Below, in pieces: positions 9,290-19,222 of a stretch of DNA of 64,000 nt. Made by a program: the position numbers and the translations under genes. Position 1 is the stretch's first letter, and each line of letters starts with the position of its first letter. The notes under the pieces were generated by a model. That model was given only the letters and a program-made list of their open reading frames with translations, was not told where the DNA came from and searched no databases. The stretch comes from an uncultured virus (IMG/VR IMGVR_UViG_3300029305_004206) (taxonomy: Duplodnaviria; Heunggongvirae; Uroviricota; Caudoviricetes), in IMG/VR virus record IMGVR_UViG_3300029305_004206; one strand, 5' to 3'.

Positions 9290-11737
9290 GTGAAATATAC
9301 TATGAATTATAGAATAGCTTTTTCAGGGAATAAACCTATTTTCGGAATGTATGAAATAGTTTGGAATGAAACAGTTCTTGACAGAGAGTCTTTTGACGAG
9401 TATATGTTCAAGAAACAGATATATTTAGATGCTGTTGCATATCAGGATGAGATTAATGCTAAATTCGGTGATAATGAAGTTATCATTGAAGATGGTGTTG
9501 AAATTCAGAGACCTGTTGTTGAAATTCCTGAAGCTCCTGAAAATATGGAATTAACACCAGAAAACTTTACTAAAGAGATTGAAAAGAGAATTACAATCTA
9601 TTCTGAAGTTGAAAAAGATAGAATTGAAGCTTCTATTAAAGAAAGAGGTATTGACGACTACACTGTTAATATTCTCGAAACTCCATCTGATTATGCTCTT
9701 TATATGATTAATAAAAAGGCATTTATTAGACCTACAGAAACAGATGTACTTAACTATATTGCATCTGTAGAGGGAATTTCTGCTGCTTATTTAATCGAAC
9801 AGAAATTAATTGAATTGAGAGACTTCTGTCAGAATGAAATCTTTAAAGGATTTAAAGCTGATGTATTGGGAGAAGGAGCTGAAAGAACATATGAACTTAA
9901 GATCTTCGACCAGATTAACTACAATTCCCAGATTCAGAAATTTACCATTGATCCAACATTAGAAGGTGTTGTATGGTCATCTAATGAAGGACCTGCTTAT
10001 TATACAAAAGAACAGTTCTATTCATTAATTCCTCTTATTGATGTAACTCTTAACTATAACTGGAATATTTTCTATGTAGTGAGAGCTAATCTTGAGAAGA
10101 TGACTGATAGAATTGCGATTGATTCTATTAATCTTGCAAGTGCTTGGGCAACTGCTAAAGCATATGTAGATGGATTAGAAAAATCTGAGGATGAGAATTT
10201 CAGAGCAGAAGAAATTCCTGAAGTAGAACTCCCATCTGAAGATAAAGGAGACTTGGTTCCTGAACAACCTGAAGATGTTACTGTACCTGAAGTTAAATAT
10301 TGTACTGTAAATGGTGAAGTAAGAACTGATGATCTTAATACTATCTTTTCTACATTAAAAGAACCTGCTAAGATTTCGCTTATGACAGATTGTACTGTAA
10401 ATAGTCCTCTTATGGTTAACACTGATGTAGAGATTGATCTTAATGGATATAATATTACAGGTAATAATTGTACAGTATTTGATGTTGCTGGAAATCTTAC
10501 TATTAATGATACATCTGAAGATGGTATGGGTGTAGTAAGAGGAGGAACTGGTGATTCTTATTGTTGTATTATTGTAAGAGATGGTTCTGCAACTCTTAAT
10601 GCTGGTATCTACGAAGTAGGTGCTGACGGTGAAGGACTCGGAAATTCAACTATTTATCTTGCTGGTAGTGGTAAGATAGATATTAATGGCGGTATCTATT
10701 CTTCAGATGCTCCATATAAAGATCTTTACTATGTAGTTAATAAGAAAAATTCTTCTACTGGTTCGATTAATATTACAGGCGGTACATTCGTAAACTATAA
10801 TCCTGGTTCTGGAGATGATGCTACAGAAGGAGATACATTTATAGCGGATGGTTGTGAAGTATCTGTAGATGATTCTCTTGAATCAAGAATTACTTATACA
10901 GTAATTGCAAAAGAACCTGAAGACGTTATAGAAGAAGACGAAACTGTAACTGATGAAAAAGTCATTCTCTTAACAATAAATGGAGTTGAAAGTGAAAAGA
11001 CTCTTGCAGAAGCCTATGCAGAGATCGAAGCTCAAGAAGATCCTCAGCCTGCTATGAATACAATCGTATTAATGTCAAATCAGGAACTTGAGACAAAATT
11101 AGATGTTAAAGTTAATTTAACTATTGATCTTAATGGTCATAATATTACTGCTAAAGAAACCGCATTTAATGTATATGCAGAAGAATTTGTAATTACAGGT
11201 AATGGTTGTGTTTCTGGTGGTTCTGGTGGTTCTTACTGTGCTGTTATTGTTAGAGCAGGTCATACTACACTTGAGTCTGGTACATATACAGTTGGTGGAG
11301 ATGAGAATAACGAAGGAAACTCAACCATCTATATGATTGGTGATGAAGGATCTGTTCTTGACATTAAGGGTGGTTCTTACTCCACTGAAGTACCTTATGC
11401 TGGTAAATACTTCGTTATCAATAAAAATGATAAGAAGAAAGGTACAATCAATATTACAGGTGGTACATTCTATAAATTTGATCCATCTGTTAATGATGGA
11501 CATGACGGTTCATTCGTTGCAGAAGGTTATGAAGTTGTAACTACACAGACTGATGAAGATTTCTGGTTTACATCTATTTATGAAAAAGCACCAGAAGATA
11601 AAGTTTATATCAATAATGAATCTACAGATGAGAATGTAGAAGAAACTCCATCAGAAGAAGTAGTAGAAAATACAGAGGAAGAAGTTCTTGCTTCTAAACC
11701 AAAGAAGAAAGCTACAAGAAAGAAAGCTTCTAAATAA
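9290..11737 (+). CDS. Tail-associated protein: DUF4376-like domain plus two tandem beta-helix (pectin-lyase-like) repeats
   Basis: CQNEIFKGF...DQINYN resembles DUF4376, a tail fibre assembly-associated domain. Two ~200-aa repeats share IDLNG(Y/H)NIT, GG(T/S)G(D/G)SYC, GNSTIY and INITGGTF. Basic C-terminal tail. Confidence 0.55.
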   Translation: MKYTMNYRIAFSGNKPIFGMYEIVWNETVLDRESFDEYMFKKQIYLDAVAYQDEINAKFGDNEVIIEDGVEIQRPVVEIPEAPENMELTPENFTKEIEKRITIYSEVEKDRIEASIKERGIDDYTVNILETPSDYALYMINKKAFIRPTETDVLNYIASVEGISAAYLIEQKLIELRDFCQNEIFKGFKADVLGEGAERTYELKIFDQINYNSQIQKFTIDPTLEGVVWSSNEGPAYYTKEQFYSLIPLIDVTLNYNWNIFYVVRANLEKMTDRIAIDSINLASAWATAKAYVDGLEKSEDENFRAEEIPEVELPSEDKGDLVPEQPEDVTVPEVKYCTVNGEVRTDDLNTIFSTLKEPAKISLMTDCTVNSPLMVNTDVEIDLNGYNITGNNCTVFDVAGNLTINDTSEDGMGVVRGGTGDSYCCIIVRDGSATLNAGIYEVGADGEGLGNSTIYLAGSGKIDINGGIYSSDAPYKDLYYVVNKKNSSTGSINITGGTFVNYNPGSGDDATEGDTFIADGCEVSVDDSLESRITYTVIAKEPEDVIEEDETVTDEKVILLTINGVESEKTLAEAYAEIEAQEDPQPAMNTIVLMSNQELETKLDVKVNLTIDLNGHNITAKETAFNVYAEEFVITGNGCVSGGSGGSYCAVIVRAGHTTLESGTYTVGGDENNEGNSTIYMIGDEGSVLDIKGGSYSTEVPYAGKYFVINKNDKKKGTINITGGTFYKFDPSVNDGHDGSFVAEGYEVVTTQTDEDFWFTSIYEKAPEDKVYINNESTDENVEETPSEEVVENTEEEVLASKPKKKATRKKASK

Positions 11738-11757
11738 TTAAGATAGGTGGGATTAAA

Positions 11758-12213
11758 ATGAAGGTAAATCCATATGACATAGTTCTTGTCAAATGTGATG
11801 GTACTTTCTTTGCTAATCTTATCAGTTTCTTTACTAAGGATGAATATGTTCACTGCTTTATCGTTGATAAGAATGGTAGAGCAGTGGATATTGATCCAAG
11901 GAATCATCCTGATGTAAAGCATGTTGATATATCAAAGTGGGATGAGCATCTACTAGAAGTTTATTCTATTGACGAAAATTTATTAACAGATGAAAGAAAG
12001 TACAGAATTGATGAATTTATATCCACCCATAGAAATGCAAAATATGATTGGTTTGATTGCATATTACTATGCTTAAATATGCCACCTGATAGAGATAATC
12101 ATTATAATTGTCAGAGTTTTCTATCAAATTGCTTGAGATATTCTCGATTATCTTGTCATGCTATTAAGATTAAGGATTTCAAGAGATTGAATTATCTTAA
12201 AAGAAAGTGGTGA
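11758..12213 (+). CDS. Permuted papain-like amidase (YaeF/YiiX, permuted NlpC/P60)
   Basis: PYDIVLV...ISFFTKDEYVHC (His first), then KYDW and YNCQSF (Cys last): the circularly permuted order. Confidence 0.7.
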   Translation: MKVNPYDIVLVKCDGTFFANLISFFTKDEYVHCFIVDKNGRAVDIDPRNHPDVKHVDISKWDEHLLEVYSIDENLLTDERKYRIDEFISTHRNAKYDWFDCILLCLNMPPDRDNHYNCQSFLSNCLRYSRLSCHAIKIKDFKRLNYLKRKW

Positions 12214-12219
12214 ATAAAA

Positions 12220-13134
12220 ATGAGTAAATTTGGTTCTTTATTAGATTTAGGAGATATTCGAAATTATTTATATAAGAATTTTCCTCATAAATCTAAAGAT
12301 GTTTTACCTAAAGAATATAAAGTAAAGAATACAGTTTTAAATATTAAAGATCAAAAAGAGTTTAATGCATGTGTAGGATTCGCATGTTCATCTCTTATTG
12401 AGATTTTTAATAGATTAGAATTCGGAAATACTGTGGCTATGTCTCCATTCTATATTTATGGAAAGCATAGAAATTACAAGGATGAAGGTATGTATCTCGG
12501 AAGGACTCTTCACTATTTAATGAGTGAAGGAACAGTTTCATCTGTAGATTTCTCAGATGAAGGTGAAATGCCTGAAATTCAGGATAAAGTTAAGAAGTAT
12601 GTAGAAATACATCCTGAGATGATTGAAATCGCTAAAAAGTTTAAAATTGGAGGATATGTCGATTTAATCTCCAATGATGAAAAAAATAAAAAAGAGAATA
12701 TAAAGAGATCATTGTTTGATTTTGATTATCCTATTATAGCAGTTACAGACCATTTCGGTGGTTATCATTGTGTATTAATAGATGGGTGGAAGGATGATAT
12801 TTTCTATGTGCCTAATAGCTGGGGATATGATAACGGAGATAACGGATATGATGAAATATCCCAAGATTCTATTGTTGAAGCATATCTTGTAATAGATGAA
12901 AAATCTGCTAATCTCGACTTTGAAGATTTAACAGAAAATCATCCGCTATTTAAAGAGATTAAATCTCTTTATTTTACAGGTGTATTAGAACCTGATAGCG
13001 AAAAATTATTCAATCCTGATAGAGAGATGACTAAAGCAGAAGTTGCTAAAGCCATCTACAATAATAATAAAATTATTCAAGGCAAGATAGATAAAATCTT
13101 TGAATTGATTAGTTCTATCAGACCTTCCGAATAA
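12220..13134 (+). CDS. Papain-family (C1) cysteine protease with C-terminal S-layer homology (SLH) domain
   Basis: DQKEFNACVGFA (oxyanion Q, catalytic C), SPFYIY, HCVLIDGW and PNSWG. C-terminal FEDLTENHPLFKEIKSL..GVL....FNPDREMTKAEVA matches the SLH pattern. Confidence 0.85.
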   Translation: MSKFGSLLDLGDIRNYLYKNFPHKSKDVLPKEYKVKNTVLNIKDQKEFNACVGFACSSLIEIFNRLEFGNTVAMSPFYIYGKHRNYKDEGMYLGRTLHYLMSEGTVSSVDFSDEGEMPEIQDKVKKYVEIHPEMIEIAKKFKIGGYVDLISNDEKNKKENIKRSLFDFDYPIIAVTDHFGGYHCVLIDGWKDDIFYVPNSWGYDNGDNGYDEISQDSIVEAYLVIDEKSANLDFEDLTENHPLFKEIKSLYFTGVLEPDSEKLFNPDREMTKAEVAKAIYNNNKIIQGKIDKIFELISSIRPSE

Positions 13135-13145
13135 TATATACAATT

Positions 13146-13182
13146 TTAGCGATAAGGTTGGCTGTATCTTCCTTATCGCTAA
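13146..13182. terminator. Hairpin, probable terminator
   Basis: TTAGCGATAAGG 13146-13157 / CCTTATCGCTAA 13171-13182. Confidence 0.6.
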
Positions 13183-13200
13183 TCTTAACATAAATGAGTG

Positions 13201-13212
13201 AACATCTAATTA
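13201..13212 (+). promoter_or_regulatory. Putative late promoter AACA-N6-TA
   Basis: AACA TCTAAT TA upstream of the holin-like cluster. Confidence 0.5.
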
Positions 13213-13259
13213 TTATAGTAAGTAAATAATTTCTGTATTTTGATGAAAGGTTAGGTGGT

Positions 13260-13544
13260 TTGCTTATGGAACAAGGATTAGAAATTCTTAAGTTTTGTGT
13301 TGAGAACTTTGGTTTGGTTGCTACTTTAGCAGCAATAGTGATGATTTTCCCTATTTTTGTTTCTATTGCTATGTGGAGAATGGCTGTATCATCTCAAAAA
13401 GCATTGAACAATGAAATCAAAGAGATCAAAGAAAATGAAAAAGAATTAGACGGATTAGTGAGAGGTTTGCTTTCTATCGTTAAGTTATTTGTACAGGATA
13501 AAATTAATATTCCTGACATAGATTTGGATGGAAAGGAGGACTAG
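13260..13544 (+). CDS. Small single-pass membrane protein, holin-like
   Basis: One N-terminal hydrophobic helix followed by a coiled coil; late-gene context. Confidence 0.45.
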   Translation: MLMEQGLEILKFCVENFGLVATLAAIVMIFPIFVSIAMWRMAVSSQKALNNEIKEIKENEKELDGLVRGLLSIVKLFVQDKINIPDIDLDGKED

Positions 13545-13884
13545 TCTTATGACTGGACATAATATGGAACTCTATCTCGTTGCCATCCTTGCATCAGTGT
13601 TTTTTATTCTGATGGTTCTCTGTATTTTAATGATTCTGACATTTGAATGTCGGAGGAATTTAAAGAAGAGTCAAAAAGAGATGGATAAACATAGAAAAGA
13701 AAGAAGAAAGTCTTTAGACAATTTGAAAAAAGAAGTCGAATGTGTACATACATTAATTTATGTATCTGGTGTTGTTAACAAACTATGTGTTAATGATGAA
13801 AATAGTAAGATATGTTTAGAATGTGGAGAATGTAAACCAACGCAAGATGAAATAAACAAGAAAAACAAAGCTGAAGCATTTTAA
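13528..13884 (+). CDS. Small membrane protein with coiled coil and Cys-rich C-terminus
   Basis: TM helix LYLVAILASVFFILMVLCILMIL and CLECGEC. True start is probably ATG 13549 after AAGGAGG. Confidence 0.5.
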   Translation: MERRTSLMTGHNMELYLVAILASVFFILMVLCILMILTFECRRNLKKSQKEMDKHRKERRKSLDNLKKEVECVHTLIYVSGVVNKLCVNDENSKICLECGECKPTQDEINKKNKAEAF

Positions 13885-13954
13885 TGTTTCTTTATAAATA
13901 ATTTTAAGAACGTCAACCGAAAATTCAAGAGAAAGGAGATTATCGAGTTCAGAA

Positions 13955-14584
13955 ATGATTACATTAGATTTACTTCTGAAGATCCCCCTTATTGGATGGA
14001 TGGCTGGATTTTTAAATTGTTATACTTATTACAGTCAAACAGACTATAATAGAATCAAATTTAAGTCTTGGACTATTATTTCTTTCTTATCTATGCTTGT
14101 TATTATTATAAATACAATAAAGTTTAATTTATGTAGTGATCCTACAGAATGTTTGTATTTTAGACACGCAATAGAGTTATGTGATATTGTAATTTATATA
14201 TTCTATTCACATTTTATATTTACTACTAACTATTCTTTAGATGAAAAGAATTATAAGATAAAGAGATATGTAGATATATTCTTAGAGATTACTGTATATT
14301 TTATTATTTTATTAACTCATCTTTTAGATATAGTATATCTTAATGGTATAGCATTATTAATAATGCTTATCATATCTAGTAGAAAGAAAATGAAATATAT
14401 GTGTTATATTACGACTTTCTACATATTTATAGAATTCTCAAAATACTTTTTCGTTTATAATGGCATTGCACAGATGATAATTTTCATCATTTGTAATATT
14501 GGCATTTGTCTGGTTGCATTGAACCATATGAACAACCTAAAAAAGATAGAAATGCAGAAAATGAAAACTATAAAACATATCTAA
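13955..14584 (+). CDS. Polytopic membrane protein
   Basis: About 6-7 hydrophobic segments; GAAAGGAG upstream. Confidence 0.55.
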   Translation: MITLDLLLKIPLIGWMAGFLNCYTYYSQTDYNRIKFKSWTIISFLSMLVIIINTIKFNLCSDPTECLYFRHAIELCDIVIYIFYSHFIFTTNYSLDEKNYKIKRYVDIFLEITVYFIILLTHLLDIVYLNGIALLIMLIISSRKKMKYMCYITTFYIFIEFSKYFFVYNGIAQMIIFIICNIGICLVALNHMNNLKKIEMQKMKTIKHI

Positions 14585-14646
14585 AGAAAAACAAAAAATA
14601 AAAAGTAGAATACGCAATTTAATAATGAAAGAAGGTTATTTAAATT

Positions 14647-15042
14647 ATGGAAGCAATTATGTTTGTTGTTGTTTGTGTCGCTGCTCTTGTTATTATGGGT
14701 ACTTATATCTATTCTTTAATGAAAGATAAGACTACAATCGCTTCATTTATGTCTATGATGACTGAAATGACTCCTAAAATTATTGAGTTATTCAATAATT
14801 TTGTAGCTTATAATGAAGATTTCAATAAAGAAGGAACAACTATTGAAGAAAAAGTAGAAATAAGTACTGTATTTGTAGTTGAAAATATTATGACTACAAT
14901 TAATGAACTTGAGATTAGCGATGAAATTAAGAAAATTACAACTGCAGAAAACCTCACACCACTTATCAAACCTATTATAACCAAACTTTGTAACGATTTA
15001 GAAGAAAATGCTGTTTTAGCATCTAAAGTTGCAAATAATTAA
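14647..15042 (+). CDS. Holin-like membrane protein
   Basis: N-terminal TM helix plus helical soluble domain; last gene before a convergent terminator. Confidence 0.4.
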   Translation: MEAIMFVVVCVAALVIMGTYIYSLMKDKTTIASFMSMMTEMTPKIIELFNNFVAYNEDFNKEGTTIEEKVEISTVFVVENIMTTINELEISDEIKKITTAENLTPLIKPIITKLCNDLEENAVLASKVANN

Positions 15043-15056
15043 AAAAAAAATAAAAT

Positions 15057-15089
15057 TCCCCTATGAGTCGTTGAATAACTCATAGGGGA
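15057..15089. terminator. Bidirectional terminator hairpin (copy 1 of a repeated element)
   Basis: TCCCCTATGAGT / ACTCATAGGGGA between convergent genes; A-run on the left, T-rich on the right. Confidence 0.75.
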
Positions 15090-15101
15090 TATTTTGTTCT
15101 C

Positions 15102-15866
15102 TTATAATGAATAATCGATAAGAGGTCTTAAATAAAAATTATAATTAAAACCAATATCAATATTTGTTAGACTATCAATAGTCTCTAAACCTACTGTATG
15201 ATTCATCAATCCATCTTTAATTCTAAATAGATTTGCTTCATTCATCTCTCTATAGGTTTCTGCTTCTAGCTGTTTTTCTAAGTATTGAGTTCTATATCTT
15301 CTTAATTTTGCTATATAACGAGATTGGGTTTCTTTTTCCATACTTCTCATTAGTATCTGAAGATCATTTATAAAATAATCTTTTTGATACTCTAATGTCT
15401 CTTTGGATAAACCCTTTATAGTAAGACCATTTCCATTCAGATAAAATTCTTTACCATTTATATAGAAATAACTTGAATATATGTTTTTTGGTGCGAATTC
15501 TATATTCCCTATCTTAAGATGATGACACGCCTTGCCTATTATAAATAAAGCATCTTTCTTAATAGATAAGATATTATCCTCATCTAAACCATTCATTTCT
15601 ATAAAATCTATTCTTTTTTCAGTAAAACATTCAGTAAAGACTTTAGCTAATTCACTGTCATTTCCAACTAATTTACCAATAAAAACATTCTTAGATTTCT
15701 TATCAAGAGTCTCAATGAAGGATATTGTTTTCTTATCTAATAATTTATATTCTTTTATTAGAGAGAAACCAGCATCCTTCATATCATACTCTGTAATCTT
15801 AGTATTTACCAAGAACGGAATAGTCTTATCGAGATAGTTTGTTCTTGATAAAATACTTTCTTTCAA
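15102..15866 (-). CDS. DNA polymerase family B-like palm-domain protein (small or split polymerase piece)
   Basis: ITEYDMKDAGFSLI resembles motif A, SIKKDALFII resembles motif C, and LTIKGL resembles the KG motif. Only 254 aa. Confidence 0.55.
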   Translation of the reverse strand: MKESILSRTNYLDKTIPFLVNTKITEYDMKDAGFSLIKEYKLLDKKTISFIETLDKKSKNVFIGKLVGNDSELAKVFTECFTEKRIDFIEMNGLDEDNILSIKKDALFIIGKACHHLKIGNIEFAPKNIYSSYFYINGKEFYLNGNGLTIKGLSKETLEYQKDYFINDLQILMRSMEKETQSRYIAKLRRYRTQYLEKQLEAETYREMNEANLFRIKDGLMNHTVGLETIDSLTNIDIGFNYNFYLRPLIDYSL

Positions 15867-15867
15867 T

Positions 15868-16671
15868 TTATACCAATCCTACGATATTAAGAAGACAAGC
15901 TTCCAATAAATCAACTGGATAAATATTATAGTATCTGAAATCTGAACAATCTACTCGTTCTTCCTTTATAATTGGATGATTCTTACCATCTCTATCTGGA
16001 GATTTAATATCTACACATGCAAGTGTAGGATATAGATTACATACAGGAAGATTAATCTCTGCATCATATATAGCAATAACTGGAAGATCATAAGTTTCAT
16101 TTCCTAAATGTATCTCATGATTAAGTCTCATTAAATCAACTTCAGTTACATTGTTTAACTGTTCTGCTGATAAGAGTGGTTTACATATATAAGACACATT
16201 TGTAATGATAGATAAGTCAGTTCTATTTGGGAGCTTTATAACTTTTCCGATAAGTTCATCTTGAATCAAGCTTCTTAATTCAATAGTAATTTCTTTACCG
16301 AAATTAAATATAGCATCCTTTAATTGTCCTGACATTTCTATCTTCTTAACATTAGCAGTAAGATTACTCATCATTTTCTTCTGACTTAATCTTAATTTAA
16401 AGATATTATGATAAGTAACAAGTTCTGCATATTCTGGACTATTCATTATCTTACTTAAAAGTCCATTATCGGTTGGCTCTTTTCTTTTGCCATTTGGTTT
16501 AGGAAGTTCATGTTCATATGATTCCTTCAGCCAATCAGCTTTCTCAAGAACTTCATATATAGATGAAGTAAATATAGACTTTGTCTCATAGAAAATTCTC
16601 TGTTTTTCTTTAGGCTCCATACTCACTTCTACTACCTTAGATGTCTTTGGGGTTTCCTTCTTCTTTGCCAT
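15868..16671 (-). CDS. Hypothetical protein
   Basis: 267-aa ORF, AAGAAGG upstream, operonic. Confidence 0.6.
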   Translation of the reverse strand: MAKKKETPKTSKVVEVSMEPKEKQRIFYETKSIFTSSIYEVLEKADWLKESYEHELPKPNGKRKEPTDNGLLSKIMNSPEYAELVTYHNIFKLRLSQKKMMSNLTANVKKIEMSGQLKDAIFNFGKEITIELRSLIQDELIGKVIKLPNRTDLSIITNVSYICKPLLSAEQLNNVTEVDLMRLNHEIHLGNETYDLPVIAIYDAEINLPVCNLYPTLACVDIKSPDRDGKNHPIIKEERVDCSDFRYYNIYPVDLLEACLLNIVGLV

Positions 16672-16703
16672 AATTAGTATTTACCTTCTTTCATAGTATT
16701 TCA

Positions 16704-17294
16704 TTAATTAGAGAGTTCTTCATTGATTAAATACTTAAATAGTACATCTGATAAATCATTTACCATATCCTCATTTACATAAGTCTGAGGTTGTATATTG
16801 ATTGTAATATCAGATTTATTAAGTACATCAAATTCCATTTTGATCTGTTCTGCAGTTCTTCCTTCTCTTTCGTATGGAATATCTTCTTTTCTTAATCCTA
16901 CGATGACAATATCAAGATTCTTATATTTTTCTTCCTGAAGTTTCTTAACATCATCGATACCTTCAGAATTAACGATTGCAATATTAATTCTATAAGGATT
17001 AAGCTCATCAATAAGAGTTCCATAGAAATTTCCAGCAAATTCTGTTTTAAAGATCATATCTTTTTTGATTAACTCATAATCAGAAAGTTCTATGAAGTAA
17101 TAATCCTTTCCTGCAACTTCATAATCTCTCTTTGGACGAGTAGTACAAGCACAAGCATACTTGTATTTATTAGGATATTTCTTTATAAGATTATCCATTA
17201 ATGTAGTTTTACCAGTTTGAGAAGGTCCACATATAATGAGAATCTTATATCTTAATCTATCCTGATAGAATTGTCCTGTTTTGTATTTACTCAT
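16704..17294 (-). CDS. gmk: Guanylate kinase-family nucleotide monophosphate kinase
   Basis: P-loop GPSQTGKTT; TTRPKRDYEVAGKDYYF; GNFYGT. Confidence 0.85.
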   Translation of the reverse strand: MSKYKTGQFYQDRLRYKILIICGPSQTGKTTLMDNLIKKYPNKYKYACACTTRPKRDYEVAGKDYYFIELSDYELIKKDMIFKTEFAGNFYGTLIDELNPYRINIAIVNSEGIDDVKKLQEEKYKNLDIVIVGLRKEDIPYEREGRTAEQIKMEFDVLNKSDITINIQPQTYVNEDMVNDLSDVLFKYLINEELSN

Positions 17295-17829
17295 GGTTAG
17301 TTACCTCCTTATTACGAAAATACGTCATGATATTATACATATTCATAAGTTTTTCCTTTGTAACAGGATCGATAATTGAACTTTCCACTTCTTGCACGAC
17401 ATCCTTATCGAATATTTCATCTGAAAGATCAAATAATGAGTTTTCTTCTTTAGAATAAACTGAATGAGTTACTTCATCATAGGCTAATAAAGTCTTAAGG
17501 TATAAAAATATAAGATATATATCGCCATAAAGAAAATTATTAACATTAATTGTTTCACTAAATTCAAACTCAGATGTCTTTTCTAACTTATACTTAAGAC
17601 TAATAGAGAAAGGTAAACAATTAAGCATTGTATTTATCACAGCTAAGAACTTTGTTGAATGATTTTCATCTTGAGTTGAAATACTAAAGAATCTGTAATT
17701 CTCATTTGAATGAACTTTAATCGGTTTACTACATTCATAACCATATTTTATAAATGTATTTCTAAACATTTCTGTCATCTGGTCATTACAGAAATCTGTG
17801 CTAAAGTTAAGATAGATTTCTCCTATCAT
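17287..17829 (-). CDS. Hypothetical protein
   Basis: 180-aa ORF with GGGAGG RBS; overlaps the gmk start. Confidence 0.6.
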   Translation of the reverse strand: MIGEIYLNFSTDFCNDQMTEMFRNTFIKYGYECSKPIKVHSNENYRFFSISTQDENHSTKFLAVINTMLNCLPFSISLKYKLEKTSEFEFSETINVNNFLYGDIYLIFLYLKTLLAYDEVTHSVYSKEENSLFDLSDEIFDKDVVQEVESSIIDPVTKEKLMNMYNIMTYFRNKEVTNHE

Positions 17830-17843
17830 ATTGAGTTCCTCCC

Positions 17844-18368
17844 TTAATTTTTTGAATTCATTAAAGTATTATGAATGTATCTCTTATCATCAACAGACAT
17901 CATAACACTATAATTCTTTAATCTATTCCTTGCAGCTTCAAAAAGTGCGTTCTCTATCTCCTTCTCATTAAGAAGATGGATGTTATAATTTACACCTAAT
18001 TTAATGATATTGGAAGAAGGAAGAGTTTCGTCACTCACAACTGCAATATCAGGTGATACAAGTATCACTTTATCTTCTGCTTTAAGTGTATATGGGATTG
18101 TATTAATCATTGAAATGTATCTCTTAATCTCAATGAATAACTGATCCATTTTACTTCTCATGATTTTTGAATATGTAGATGATAATTCTGAAATTCTTTC
18201 AAAGAATTCTAAATTACCAGCAAAATTCTTATAATATTCAAATTCATTTGAGAAATAAAGAGATGTAAAAATTGAATCTTCACATTCTCTTAACATTGAT
18301 TTGATTACTTCCATTTCTTCTCTAAGCTCGTCATATTTCTTTCCTTTGATTTCGATTATTTGTTTCAT
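17844..18368 (-). CDS. Hypothetical protein
   Basis: 174-aa ORF with AAGGAG RBS. Confidence 0.6.
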   Translation of the reverse strand: MKQIIEIKGKKYDELREEMEVIKSMLRECEDSIFTSLYFSNEFEYYKNFAGNLEFFERISELSSTYSKIMRSKMDQLFIEIKRYISMINTIPYTLKAEDKVILVSPDIAVVSDETLPSSNIIKLGVNYNIHLLNEKEIENALFEAARNRLKNYSVMMSVDDKRYIHNTLMNSKN

Positions 18369-18404
18369 TTTTAGTATCTCCTTATCATTTATAGTATTTT
18401 TAAT

Positions 18405-18572
18405 TTAGTCTTCCAGAACCCATCTTAATGCGGATTCTTCTGCTTCAAGTTTGTCAGTTGCTTCAGTGTATACACCAAAACTAAGTTCTCCATTTGCTTG
18501 TCTTTTGTCAAGACTTTCTTTTTCTTCTGAAATTTTTTGAAGTCTTTCTTTGATTTGTTCAACAGTTTTCAT
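18405..18572 (-). CDS. Small hypothetical protein (55 aa), absent from the ORF track
   Basis: MKTVEQIKERLQKISEEKESLDKRQANGELSFGVYTEATDKLEAEESALRWVLED; AAAAGGAG RBS; fills the gap in the operon. Confidence 0.7.
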   Translation of the reverse strand: MKTVEQIKERLQKISEEKESLDKRQANGELSFGVYTEATDKLEAEESALRWVLED

Positions 18573-18598
18573 AAAAGTATCTCCTTTTCATTTAAGTA

Positions 18599-19114
18599 TT
18601 ATTTGTAACCATTTTCTTCTTTCCATTTTTTCATAATGGAAGTTGCTACTTCATCAACTTCGTTATTCATTTTACTAAAGAACGAATCGTCTGTCTGATG
18701 ACCTCTTGTATGCATTACTGAAAGATTTGGAATTTCTTTCTTATAACGCATAATTTCTTTCCAGACTTCTTTGTAGCTTACATCATCTCCAGATGAATTT
18801 CTGAATCCATTCTTTTCCCATTTTACTGAATATTCATTATAAGAACGAACTACATATGCTGAGTCAGAAACTATAATTTTTTCGACATTACACAATGTAG
18901 AATTTCTCTTATGAAGATATTTCAGGGCATTAAGAAAAGAATGTAACTCTGCATATGATATTGAATTATCTCCATAATCATATGCTTTCTTGAAAGTAAC
19001 TTCTTCATTTAATGTAACAACCATTCCACCAGTTGCATGTTGCGGTAAATCTGGTTTCTTATATCCATTATTGAATGAAGCACCATCAGTAAAAATTACA
19101 ACCTTATTAGCCAT
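18599..19114 (-). CDS. rnhA: Ribonuclease HI
   Basis: IFTDGAS, SYAELHS, VSDSAYV, HTRGH and NNEVDEVA. Start placed at MANKVV behind AAAGGAG. Confidence 0.9.
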   Translation of the reverse strand: MANKVVIFTDGASFNNGYKKPDLPQHATGGMVVTLNEEVTFKKAYDYGDNSISYAELHSFLNALKYLHKRNSTLCNVEKIIVSDSAYVVRSYNEYSVKWEKNGFRNSSGDDVSYKEVWKEIMRYKKEIPNLSVMHTRGHQTDDSFFSKMNNEVDEVATSIMKKWKEENGYK

Positions 19115-19179
19115 AAATAGATCATTCTCCTTTCTTATTAAATTTAGCATTAAGGTTTGATATATGATATATCAATAAG

Positions 19180-19187
19180 ATAATATA
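19180..19187 (-). promoter_or_regulatory. Putative early promoter motif TATATTAT
   Basis: Intergenic, ~65 nt upstream of rnhA; same motif at 52174(+), 56902-56909(-) and 24626-24633(-). Confidence 0.4.
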
Positions 19188-19222
19188 TATTCAGATATCT
19201 TTTCGTTTCAGGGGTAAGAATC

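Noticed and set aside
13955..14584. Possible AgrC/VirS-type quorum-sensing sensor domain
   Set aside because: Only general hydrophobicity supports it; no kinase, response regulator or AgrB/D gene nearby
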